Virus record (IMG/VR): IMGVR_UViG_3300037585_002406
Reading direction: 5' to 3' (one strand)
Source: an uncultured virus (IMG/VR IMGVR_UViG_3300037585_002406)
Lineage: Duplodnaviria > Heunggongvirae > Uroviricota > Caudoviricetes > Crassvirales
Length of the DNA stretch: 20,000 nucleotides
The notes below the pieces were generated by a model that ran no database searches, was not told the origin of the DNA, and saw only the letters and a program-made list of their open reading frames with translations. This document shows, piece by piece, positions 1 to 8,862 of this stretch; the first letter of the stretch is position 1, and each line of letters begins with the position of its first letter. The position numbers and the translations under genes were made by a program.

Positions 1-2
1 TG

Positions 3-3000
3 GTATACACAAATACCAACGAATTTGAAAAGCATGATCGTATTGTAGACTTTTTAGACTACGATGGAAACGAAGGATTAAAGGTGGATTTCGAAAAGGA
101 TGCCATCCTTTATTTTACAGATAATGTAAACGAGCCCAGAAAGATAAATATATACAGAGCCTTACTTGAAAAGGACGATCTCTTTACTACGGATGAATAT
201 ACAGGCGACAATGCTCTTGAGCTCACAGATTTTATATGTGCGTGTCCTAAGGTGCCACTAGATAGAATAAGTTTTGAATTTGATGCAGACCTGTCTAGAT
301 CGACAAACAACTTCGCAGCCGCTCCAGGATTCCAGTTTGCATATCAGAACATATATATAGATAAATTAGAGACTGCTATATCTGCATATTCACCTGCAGC
401 ATTTCCACCGTCTATTGTAAATAGAGGTGCTGCACAGACTACGGATTTATTGTCTCATAATGTGTGTTTATTGAAGATACCAGAGGTGGGCCCAGAGGTT
501 GAGCGAATAAGGATATTGGCTAGGTATGAGAATTCTGCAAACTTTTTTGAAATAGATGAAGTAAGCAATATAGAGTCTGAGACAGCTAACTGGGATTTAG
601 AAACAAGAACTTATAAATTCTACAACGATAGGGTTGCTTCGGGTGTATCTCCACAAGAAGTTAAGAAGACTTTTGATAATGTGCCGAGAAAGGCGCAAGC
701 CCAGACGGCAATATCGAACCGCCTCATGTATGGAAACTACTTGGAGCAATTTGACAATGTTGATACCAAATGTGATGCAAAGGTTGTATATAAACCTAGG
801 CCTCAAGATTATTTAGATCTTGTCATCAGAGCAACACCCAGTATCGAGCCTGGAAGTTTCGGTCAAAATAAAGGTGTAGGTTTTGAGATAGACACCAAGG
901 AAATACCTAGAAAAATATACGCAGGCACCGTTATAAATATAGTTATAGAGTACGAACCAGATAGAAACTTTCATCTATACCAAGCGCATAATGTAAGGAG
1001 GTGGCGTGAAAATGGCATTAGCGATTATACGTACCATCAGAATAGACATATGGGGCCGAATATAGCTAACGCTACTGGGTGGCCTAGGTATCCCCTTATA
1101 GAAAATAACAACAGATATAGACCTCAGGGTGAGTCCTGGGATGGGGAGGCAGAACAGGGTGAGTACAGTCAACCTTGGGGCTCTTCGGCTAATAACGGAA
1201 CTCATGATGAATCTCAGGCGCACTATATGACAAGAGGTGATAATGACGGTACTGATAGATGGGTAAATAGCAGATATTCAGGGGCTAACTTTTTAGAGGA
1301 ATATGGGTATAGATATTTTGGGTGGAATTTTGGTGTAGGTGCTGAGGGTACTGAAGAGGGTGCAGACTGGATTGAGAGTAGCAGCTCAAATGGAAATAAC
1401 AATAATCCGAGGTGGTCCGACACATCCTTCACTGCCCTAACAGCTGGAAGTAGTGTCGAGGCAGATGCACCTGAATTCAGTGCTCGATACGGAACAAGTG
1501 CGGGTAACCCTCTAATTCTACAGGGCTGTAAGCTTCAATTTGAGGTTAAGTTTACTGTTGTACAGGACGAATTATGGAATGGTGACGATCTGGTTGCGGC
1601 TACTATAGTCGAGGCTCTTGCTGGTGCTAATGGAGAAGCGGTTGGTGTAGTTGCTAGTGAACTTATTGAAGCTACAGGCCTTCAGCCTGGGACAATGGGT
1701 ACTGGTATATTTAGTTTTCAATCTAAAATACAAATAGACGTAGAAAACGATGTTACAAAAGTCTATAGACATGAGTACGATCTGGGGTTGAATTACGAGG
1801 CTGAGGAGGGACACTTAACAAGCCATAGCTTTGAATTTCCAACCATAATCCCAGGAGACACCTATAGCAATCTGATAGTAGGTGTGGCAAATGACGGTGG
1901 AGCTACAGGATTATCAGACTATATCAATGGGGTTTTAGTTACTGCTGAAGATGTGGGTAACACGCTTCGTCGAGGTTACGCTGAAGCACTTAGACACCAA
2001 AGGACAGCTCCTCCTGCTGGCGCATTTATAATAAATAAGGCTAGTATTGACTTTTACATAGAGACTATAGAGGACGATGATATGGATCCTATTTATGAGG
2101 GTTATGGAGGGTTTAGAAAGAAGGCTCGTATTGCTATATCTAAAATAGAGGTTGAAGAAGAAGATGTCCTTACCTGTGTAAGGCGTGCGGAGGGTAACTC
2201 TCCGTGGTGGCTTTTAAATAAAGATAGCATAATAGCTATGCAGAGTTACTTTGCAGACCTCGACAGTACTTCAACAATGTCTGGCTTAGATACGCCTGGC
2301 GATGTTGCTAATAAGTTTTATGTATCAAATTCTGTCTGGGGTGGCCCTACCAATCATACTTGGTACAAGGCTTTTAAGCCTAAACACGACATCAATGAAA
2401 TGGTGGAATCGGCTGGGGATACGTCAGGCAATTTTTATGAATACATTCAAGTTATGAGAAACTGCTTTGGGAGATTAATGTTCGCGGATGGTCAGCGGAG
2501 TCTATATAAACCTCACAGCCAGATATTTAATACTCCCGAAGAAACTGTAGATGGGTACGAGAATATGTATAGGCCCGTGCTTGGTAAATCAAGGTTTAGG
2601 TTTTCCTTAATGGATGGGGAGGGTGGCCCTGGGGCCGCATTTGCTGGAGGTAACTCCGCTTATGATAAATATGATTTAGGTAAGTATGGATCTCTTGCTG
2701 GGAGGCTTGACTTTAATTTTAAGATTAGTGACGTTAAAGCAAATATCTACGATTTTGGGGCTCAGAGCTGGACGCAAGGCCATCATACCGTTCACGCGGT
2801 AATGGGGGGCACCGTGATTGATCCATATGGCGGCCCTGGAGCGTCTGTAGGTGATAGCACCAACTTAGCTAATTTCATAGATTATTCTTATGGGGGATAC
2901 ACTTCAACAACAAACTGGGATGCGGTAGCACAGTACAGTCTTGTTACAGACGAAGCATGGGAAGATGAATTAGGCGAGCCTGGCGAAAACTGGAGCACTG

Positions 3001-6000
3001 TTATGGACGGTGCTTGGGCTCGTACCCCTTATGTTTTGAGCGGGCCGCTATACACAGGTTCCATAGCTATGCTCCCTATTTATGGTGAAGATACAGACAA
3101 TCTAGGCAGGAGGAGGCCTTATCCAGAGGTAAGACCTTATACAACAACGCTACCGCTTATATGGGTTGGAGGCACTAGGAGCGCTCATATAAAGCGTCTT
3201 AACGACTGGGGAACCGCTAAGTTAAATTGGTTAAAAACATCATTTCCATGGCCTCAGACAGATGTACCGACAGGACCTCATCAGTGGAATGACGGAATGG
3301 GCGGATGGAATAGCTATGGGTTAGACAATAAGCCTTTTCGTCAGCCTAAATGGTATGCAGACGGATGGACTTGGGATGGGACTACTAATACACCTCAGGG
3401 AAGTCTAAGTGATTTAGGCGGTGACTCCGAAGGTGGCACTGTTGCTAGTACGCATAGCAGGTTTGGAAGTGTTGACTATGCGATGACTCACTCACATTTA
3501 GAGGGTCATGCAAGATCTATGTATACTCCAGCGGGGGGTAACTCACAGAATTATTCTTTTAAGTCGTCCGCAACTCACGAATTTGGCGTTGTATATTACG
3601 ATCAAAGAGGTAGACACGGATATGTTAATCATTTAGATTCTGTGTTTGTTGATGGATATGCACCGTCGCAGAGGACTGCAGATGAAAGTACAGACAATGT
3701 ACAGGGTCCTGCACATATTCAGCTGACGTTAAGACACGAGCCACCAGAATGGGCTCATAATTATAAAATCGTATATTCTAAAAATACGAGTGTCTCAGAT
3801 TTTCTACAATACTCTGCGGGCGGGGCATTTACCGCACAGGGGGAGTCTGTAGGTGGAGATCCGTCTAGAATATATGTATCTCTAAATTACCTGCAGGGAC
3901 ACACTATATCATATTCCGACGCTTGGGGCGCTAGGTCCGAAGAAGGAAGCCCTATTCTGTATACACACAGAGAGGGTGATAGGTTAAGGGTTATATCGTA
4001 TATGCTCCCGTCATCGAGCAGTGACTCTCAAGTTCCTACGCGTGTATACCCATACAATTACGATTTTGAGATATCGGGTATGGTAAATTTAGATGAGTCA
4101 GAAAGTAACCCGCTTGGAGGCTATGAGGATGTTGACAACAACCCTGGAGAATATTTTGTAGATGAAAACAAAAAGGGTTTATTCCTGCTTCTTAAAAATA
4201 ATGGGGGTGCCAATGGGTTTAGATACCAGGACGTTAGAGATGAAGCCCACCACTGGGGAGACAACTGCATCATAGAAATATATTCACCTGTAAAGGAATT
4301 GGATTCAGATGACCGCCTTTATTATGAAATAGGTAAGACATATTCTATATTTAGGCAATCAAATGGGAGTAGATGGCATGAGGGTGATTCCTATGACTTC
4401 TCACAATTTGGACAACAAGAGATGCTGGAGGTTATAGGACATGCTGTTATTACACTTACAGAGGGTGATGTGTGGTTTAGGTCGCACGCTGTGAACCTAA
4501 GAGATCACGGTAATGCTGAGGTTACTAACGCTTATCCAGATATTATAGTAAATACAGAAACGGAAGGATCTTCTTCAGATTGGGAAATTACCCAAGCTTC
4601 TGAAGCTAACTTCAAGAGTTATTACCTAGAGGCTCAGATGGCGACAGATTTATTTAAATCCCACGCTATACACATAGGTAGGCCTAATATGATAAAGCAG
4701 GATGCTCAAGAGACGTATAAAGAAGCCAGCGTTATACACTCGGATAGAGATATATTAGATCACGGAAAGGTTTCTTACTCTTCGTTTAATAGGTCAGTAC
4801 CTATAGATAAAGATCTAGACTTAAAGAGCGGTGAAATAAATTATCTAGGCAACTGGGATGACCAATGTGTATTTGTGCAGAAGGATAAATGTGGGTATTT
4901 TGGTATAGACAGAACCATGATATCCGATCTACAGGGTGAGAAGAGTCTTATAGCGTCTAGTAAGTTTATAAATGAACCTCAATATTATCTAGGTAGAGCG
5001 GGTGCAGACGGTAATCCAGAATCTGTGTATGTTCTCGATAACTCTATATATTTTGCGCACAAGTCTTTAGGCAAGGTATTTAAAGCCAGCGGAGGGGGTG
5101 CAGGTGTACAAACGATATCTGACACAAATATGCGCTCGTGGTTTAGGGACACATTCCAAAATGCTATGAATCTGTCTATGATAAACGGTGAAGATGTTCG
5201 TGTTGTAGGTGGGTATGACCCTATGAAACAAGAATATTTGTTAAGTATATTAAACCCTGAAACGCGCGGTTTACTTACAGATCCGTTTATTCCAGATGTA
5301 GAAGTAGTAGATCCAGAAGGAGGTGTGGTGCCAGGTACAGGAGGGCCAGGCGGACCGCCTCCAACATCGGATGTTGTGCCTTACTTTAATATCACTTGGG
5401 GTAATGGCGACAACTTTAAAAGCGATCCACCTACGTGGTTTGTTATGTATAATGAGCCAGGATATTTGACGAATACAACAGGCTTAATCTACTACTTAAA
5501 TATAGAGTTGAATAACTTCTTCGGAAGTATGGGGCTTTGGACTCTATCTCCTGGTCAGGAGCTTAAATTAACTATAGAGCTAAACGGTATAGATACTGTT
5601 AGCTACCAGAATCATGATTTTGCTTATGCGGGTACGGACACAGATACTAGATATGCTCTTGGTAGCTCAACATTTGCAGACAACTACGCATTTGTAGAAG
5701 AAGAAATTCCAGGCAGAAAGTTTGTGTTTACGTTTAATTCAGGCACTAACCAACCAGGTGATGATATACCTGATAATATTCTACTACCTGTAAAGCTTCC
5801 AGTAAATTACGATTTAACGCTTCTAGAGGGTGTAGAACAAGGTAATCTATATCCAAAACCTAATTTCTTAGAGCCTCCTGTTAATGAAGATGTATTTAGA
5901 AATACAGTTATATCGTATCAAATAGATTACAGCGGTATGGATGTTTCTCCCGCATCTTATGGACAGGGTGCTCCTCTTGCTGGGCTTATACAGTGGAGAC

Positions 6001-6548
6001 TTTTAAATGAGGATGGAGGAGGTGATGGGGGTAATGGTAATGGAGGCAACGGTAATGGAGGAAATGGTAATGGGGGTAATGGTGTTGCTCATGAATTTTG
6101 TAACTACCCTATGCTTGTTGACGAGAATGGTCATATAACTCACTCTTCAATCCTAGCGGCTTACATTCAGGTAACCGATATGTTAGACAGCGGAGAAATA
6201 ATGCAGGCAGATGCATTAACTATGGTTCCAAATCTAGCTCAATCTGTGCCTCCAATGATAACCATGACCGATCAGATTTTTGCGCTGGCACAATGGAGCG
6301 AAGAAGGTTATGGTCCTGACAACCCTCTAGTGTGTTCAGTTAATGGAGGTAATGGAGGTGCTAGATTAGGCTGTACTGATCCTACTGCAATAAACTACGA
6401 CCCTACTGCAACGGTTGATGACGGCAGCTGTATATATGACAATGGTTCAGAAGATGATGCGGGCGGTGAGTCAGATACACCACCACCACCACCACCAACA
6501 ACAAGAAAACGTAGATCAGGATCAGGACCACAAATACAATCATATTAA
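3..6548 (+). CDS. Large virion tail protein, tail stabilisation/muzzle-like (crAss-like stabilisation protein, P22 gp10-related), 5'-partial, with a modular C-terminal extension
   Basis: Frame is open from nt 3 (VYTNTNEFEKHDRIVDF...) through the GTG at 84 to TAA 6546-6548, so the gene starts upstream of the window. Motif blocks I recall from Bacteroidota phage tail stabilisation proteins: LYFTDNVNEPRKIN, FDNVPRKAQAQ..SNRLMYGNY, SFKSSATHEFGVVYYDQRGR, PPEWAHNYKIV, IIEIYSP, LYYEIG, GDVWFR, NPESV...IYF, VVGGYDPMKQEYLLSI. Confidence 0.75.
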   Translation, partial: VYTNTNEFEKHDRIVDFLDYDGNEGLKVDFEKDAILYFTDNVNEPRKINIYRALLEKDDLFTTDEYTGDNALELTDFICACPKVPLDRISFEFDADLSRSTNNFAAAPGFQFAYQNIYIDKLETAISAYSPAAFPPSIVNRGAAQTTDLLSHNVCLLKIPEVGPEVERIRILARYENSANFFEIDEVSNIESETANWDLETRTYKFYNDRVASGVSPQEVKKTFDNVPRKAQAQTAISNRLMYGNYLEQFDNVDTKCDAKVVYKPRPQDYLDLVIRATPSIEPGSFGQNKGVGFEIDTKEIPRKIYAGTVINIVIEYEPDRNFHLYQAHNVRRWRENGISDYTYHQNRHMGPNIANATGWPRYPLIENNNRYRPQGESWDGEAEQGEYSQPWGSSANNGTHDESQAHYMTRGDNDGTDRWVNSRYSGANFLEEYGYRYFGWNFGVGAEGTEEGADWIESSSSNGNNNNPRWSDTSFTALTAGSSVEADAPEFSARYGTSAGNPLILQGCKLQFEVKFTVVQDELWNGDDLVAATIVEALAGANGEAVGVVASELIEATGLQPGTMGTGIFSFQSKIQIDVENDVTKVYRHEYDLGLNYEAEEGHLTSHSFEFPTIIPGDTYSNLIVGVANDGGATGLSDYINGVLVTAEDVGNTLRRGYAEALRHQRTAPPAGAFIINKASIDFYIETIEDDDMDPIYEGYGGFRKKARIAISKIEVEEEDVLTCVRRAEGNSPWWLLNKDSIIAMQSYFADLDSTSTMSGLDTPGDVANKFYVSNSVWGGPTNHTWYKAFKPKHDINEMVESAGDTSGNFYEYIQVMRNCFGRLMFADGQRSLYKPHSQIFNTPEETVDGYENMYRPVLGKSRFRFSLMDGEGGPGAAFAGGNSAYDKYDLGKYGSLAGRLDFNFKISDVKANIYDFGAQSWTQGHHTVHAVMGGTVIDPYGGPGASVGDSTNLANFIDYSYGGYTSTTNWDAVAQYSLVTDEAWEDELGEPGENWSTVMDGAWARTPYVLSGPLYTGSIAMLPIYGEDTDNLGRRRPYPEVRPYTTTLPLIWVGGTRSAHIKRLNDWGTAKLNWLKTSFPWPQTDVPTGPHQWNDGMGGWNSYGLDNKPFRQPKWYADGWTWDGTTNTPQGSLSDLGGDSEGGTVASTHSRFGSVDYAMTHSHLEGHARSMYTPAGGNSQNYSFKSSATHEFGVVYYDQRGRHGYVNHLDSVFVDGYAPSQRTADESTDNVQGPAHIQLTLRHEPPEWAHNYKIVYSKNTSVSDFLQYSAGGAFTAQGESVGGDPSRIYVSLNYLQGHTISYSDAWGARSEEGSPILYTHREGDRLRVISYMLPSSSSDSQVPTRVYPYNYDFEISGMVNLDESESNPLGGYEDVDNNPGEYFVDENKKGLFLLLKNNGGANGFRYQDVRDEAHHWGDNCIIEIYSPVKELDSDDRLYYEIGKTYSIFRQSNGSRWHEGDSYDFSQFGQQEMLEVIGHAVITLTEGDVWFRSHAVNLRDHGNAEVTNAYPDIIVNTETEGSSSDWEITQASEANFKSYYLEAQMATDLFKSHAIHIGRPNMIKQDAQETYKEASVIHSDRDILDHGKVSYSSFNRSVPIDKDLDLKSGEINYLGNWDDQCVFVQKDKCGYFGIDRTMISDLQGEKSLIASSKFINEPQYYLGRAGADGNPESVYVLDNSIYFAHKSLGKVFKASGGGAGVQTISDTNMRSWFRDTFQNAMNLSMINGEDVRVVGGYDPMKQEYLLSILNPETRGLLTDPFIPDVEVVDPEGGVVPGTGGPGGPPPTSDVVPYFNITWGNGDNFKSDPPTWFVMYNEPGYLTNTTGLIYYLNIELNNFFGSMGLWTLSPGQELKLTIELNGIDTVSYQNHDFAYAGTDTDTRYALGSSTFADNYAFVEEEIPGRKFVFTFNSGTNQPGDDIPDNILLPVKLPVNYDLTLLEGVEQGNLYPKPNFLEPPVNEDVFRNTVISYQIDYSGMDVSPASYGQGAPLAGLIQWRLLNEDGGGDGGNGNGGNGNGGNGNGGNGVAHEFCNYPMLVDENGHITHSSILAAYIQVTDMLDSGEIMQADALTMVPNLAQSVPPMITMTDQIFALAQWSEEGYGPDNPLVCSVNGGNGGARLGCTDPTAINYDPTATVDDGSCIYDNGSEDDAGGESDTPPPPPPTTRKRRSGSGPQIQSY
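6027..6083 (+). repeat. Coding tandem repeat (GGNGN)x~4, 15-nt unit, flexible linker
   Basis: gggggtaatggtaat ggaggcaacggtaat ggaggaaatggtaat gggggtaatggt encodes GGNGNGGNGNGGNGNGGNG. Confidence 0.9.
6369..6437 (+). other. GCTD-type Cys motif (GCTDPTAINYDPTATVDDGSCIY) near the C-terminus of ORF1
   Basis: Matches the GCTDxxAxNYDxxAxxDDGSC repeat I recall from secreted/surface proteins of marine Bacteroidota; single copy here. Confidence 0.75.
6480..6497 (+). repeat. (CCA)6 microsatellite encoding a poly-Pro linker
   Basis: Perfect CCA x6 in the ORF1 frame (T-PPPPPP-TT). Confidence 0.9.
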
Positions 6549-6550
6549 TT

Positions 6551-7783
6551 ATGCCGTTTCAACCATTTACAGGAAATATATGCGACTATCCAACGATAAA
6601 CGGATACGATGCTGCTACGGACACCTATACTGGATTTTTTGATATACAGGGCGGCGGTGGTCCAGCCTTGATGTATCTATATAGCGCGTGGTTTCAAAGC
6701 TCTATGTCAATTATGCAGGGCGCTACTCTTGAAGAAATTTCATACCAGTACCCAATATGGGCTAACAGCACTTTTGCTCAAACATCTCCTGGGAGTGGAT
6801 GGGGTCCAGTAGGCGGTACGGGTCAGTTTGAGGATGACGGAAGGATCGTTGTTCAGGATTTGGTTATTTGGCTTATACAGCAGAGCGGAGGATCTGTCTC
6901 TTTTGAGGATAGCAGCTATTCGACATGGACGGTTACTGGAGGTTCTATTCAACTTCCGCCAGATTGTATAAATTTTTATGAGCATGGTGGTGCACACTTT
7001 GGTTCTTTTCAATCCCCTAAAGATTATCACCCTACTGTAGCGTGGCTCGGATATATGAATGTAATGGGTCAGCCTATGACATGCGATCCAAACATAATCA
7101 ATCCACCGCCTCCGCCACCTGACGAGCCACAGGGATGGACAGGCAACTTGTGTGACTATCCAGGTATTATAGATGAATTTGGAAACATAACTCAAGAAAG
7201 TGTTGTTGCTGGATGGGCTGCATGGAATTATAATACTGGGGTTGATCAAATTTTAGCTACTCATAATTTTCCAGACATGGATGGAGACGAAATTATAAGT
7301 ATGGAAGACTTCACCGCTTTACTGACTGAGTTTGGTGTGACGTGGCCAATGAATTGCACGGTAGGACCACCTATAGGTCCAGGAGACCCTACAGGGCCTT
7401 CAGACCCTACAGGACCTACAACGGGGCTGGGTGGGGGTAGATTGCCTGCAGGTTCTACAAAGAGTAAAAAGGGTAGAGTTGCTAAGGAAAGCACACCACC
7501 ACCAAGAGAAAGGTATGAGGGTGTGAGGGAGAACCTAAGAACAACAGGAGGGGAGTATATTCTACCAAACGGTCAGATTTATGTAGGTAATTACCATATA
7601 CACCCTACTATGGGGGCTATGGTTGGTGCAAAGCATACATCTGCACCTCACGAGAAGCTGCTTCCATACACCCCTGCAAAGGCTGTAATACCGCCAAAAT
7701 CAAAGAAAACAGAAGACTCGCCACAATCAAGATCAAAGAGGCGGGGAATGAGTGGCGGTGGATCAACATCAAATACCTATTAA
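6551..7783 (+). CDS. Hypothetical modular virion-associated protein (410 aa): two TGNxCDYP modules, EF-hand/dockerin-like loop, Pro/Gly linkers, His-rich C-terminal domain
   Basis: ATG 2 nt after the ORF1 stop; TAA 7781-7783. Internal repeat TGNICDYP/TGNLCDYP; DMDGDEIISMED loop; PPPPPP and GP(G/S)DPT linkers; YHIH...H....H cluster. Confidence 0.8.
   Translation: MPFQPFTGNICDYPTINGYDAATDTYTGFFDIQGGGGPALMYLYSAWFQSSMSIMQGATLEEISYQYPIWANSTFAQTSPGSGWGPVGGTGQFEDDGRIVVQDLVIWLIQQSGGSVSFEDSSYSTWTVTGGSIQLPPDCINFYEHGGAHFGSFQSPKDYHPTVAWLGYMNVMGQPMTCDPNIINPPPPPPDEPQGWTGNLCDYPGIIDEFGNITQESVVAGWAAWNYNTGVDQILATHNFPDMDGDEIISMEDFTALLTEFGVTWPMNCTVGPPIGPGDPTGPSDPTGPTTGLGGGRLPAGSTKSKKGRVAKESTPPPRERYEGVRENLRTTGGEYILPNGQIYVGNYHIHPTMGAMVGAKHTSAPHEKLLPYTPAKAVIPPKSKKTEDSPQSRSKRRGMSGGGSTSNTY
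7376..7423 (+). repeat. Short coding tandem repeat GP(G/S)DPT, 18-nt unit
   Basis: GPGDPT-GPSDPT-GPTT; DNA core gaccctacagg occurs at 7385 and 7403. Confidence 0.8.
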
Positions 7784-7785
7784 TC

Positions 7786-8841
7786 ATGATATATCAAGGA
7801 GAAACAGTAGCATTTTCTACGAAATCAAATGTATGGAAGACGAGATATTCGTTTAACCCTACGTGCTATATGGATATGGATGATGATTTTTTATCCAGCG
7901 CACCTGTTGATGAGGAAGATACGAGACTTGCATGGAGGCATGATATATCTGGGGTGTATAATCGCTTTTACGAAAGTTCTTATCCGTCGACTATGCGTGT
8001 TGCATCCAATCAAAACCCATCATCTACAAAGGCCTTTAAAGCTATATCTCTAGAGACGAACACACAGGGCTGGACAGCTAGGGTGCGGACGAATATAGAT
8101 AGGGGCGGTGATTTTTCACTTCAGCAGGATGGCATGATTAGATCTTTCGAAAGTAAAGAGGGTAATCAGTATTCAGCCATGCCTAGGAATTCACAAGGTG
8201 CTGGTAACTCAACATCAAATATTGTTTATGTCGGGTTGGTTAGATTGGGGGATCTACTATTTGGTGTAGAAGAGGGTGATGAGTTGGTAGACGTTATTGA
8301 CGCAACTGAAGCATTAACGCAGCCATATGTAGAGTATGAGGTACCGCTTCAGAATGTACCCGCAGTGTCTATTACCCCAGCTCAGGAATCAAAGCTTTAC
8401 TTTTCAAGTCCTGGTCAGGGCAATTTTTTAACAAGTGTTGCGGCCACAGCCGTACCCCAATATAATATTTACTCTGTATTTAGTTCTCAGGGCTATAATG
8501 AAAATGCCATGTCTATGGTGGGTTATAACGGAGCCAACAACAGTTTAATTTTTAGAAGTCCATATGTTGAACTTGGATTAGCAAACCAGATTCTACACAT
8601 GGCTACTATTTGGATGCTCGTCACAAGTAACATATATGGTGCTGCAGTATCTGAAGGTGATGTAGATTATGATTTACAATTACCTATATATATGATGACG
8701 AATCCTCGTATAAACGGGGATCTTATGAGGGGTCCATACGCAACCATCGACCTTACATTACCATCTGCTGGTATGGCTTTTGAGCTCCATTCTATCAACA
8801 TAGACTACGAAAACACCAAGCTTGATGGTAGTTTGGGATAA
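7786..8841 (+). CDS. Tail protein (351 aa), resembles the C-terminal portion of the tail stabilisation protein
   Basis: ATG 2 nt after the previous stop. Motifs TVAFS...WKTRYSFNP, NRFY, NQNPSSTKAFKAISLE, KEGNQYS, GDLMRGPYA.IDL, FELHSIN resemble, from memory, the C-terminal end of single-chain stabilisation proteins. Confidence 0.65.
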   Translation: MIYQGETVAFSTKSNVWKTRYSFNPTCYMDMDDDFLSSAPVDEEDTRLAWRHDISGVYNRFYESSYPSTMRVASNQNPSSTKAFKAISLETNTQGWTARVRTNIDRGGDFSLQQDGMIRSFESKEGNQYSAMPRNSQGAGNSTSNIVYVGLVRLGDLLFGVEEGDELVDVIDATEALTQPYVEYEVPLQNVPAVSITPAQESKLYFSSPGQGNFLTSVAATAVPQYNIYSVFSSQGYNENAMSMVGYNGANNSLIFRSPYVELGLANQILHMATIWMLVTSNIYGAAVSEGDVDYDLQLPIYMMTNPRINGDLMRGPYATIDLTLPSAGMAFELHSINIDYENTKLDGSLG

Positions 8842-8843
8842 AA

Positions 8844-8858
8844 TCACTAAATTTGCAA
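8844..8858 (+). promoter_or_regulatory. Putative Bacteroidota-type -7 promoter element (TAnnTTTG) within TCACTAAATTTGCAA
   Basis: TAAATTTG at 8848-8855 in the 21-nt intergenic gap before ATG 8863; 13/15 identical to the motif at 11617. No TTTG -33 element at canonical spacing. Confidence 0.55.
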
Positions 8859-8862
8859 TAAT

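Noticed and set aside
84..86. GTG start of ORF1 given by the ORF track
   Set aside because: The frame is open from nt 3 with no upstream stop, so the gene is most likely truncated by the window edge.
6415..6642. 75-aa + strand ORF with a poly-His run
   Set aside because: Alternative-frame reading of the (CCA)6 poly-Pro tract; overlaps two better genes.
5250..7785. Intein, intron or DGR as explanation for the tail-gene insert and repeats
   Set aside because: No intein splice-junction or homing-endonuclease motifs and no reverse transcriptase; repeat copies differ by ordinary substitutions, not adenine-specific ones.
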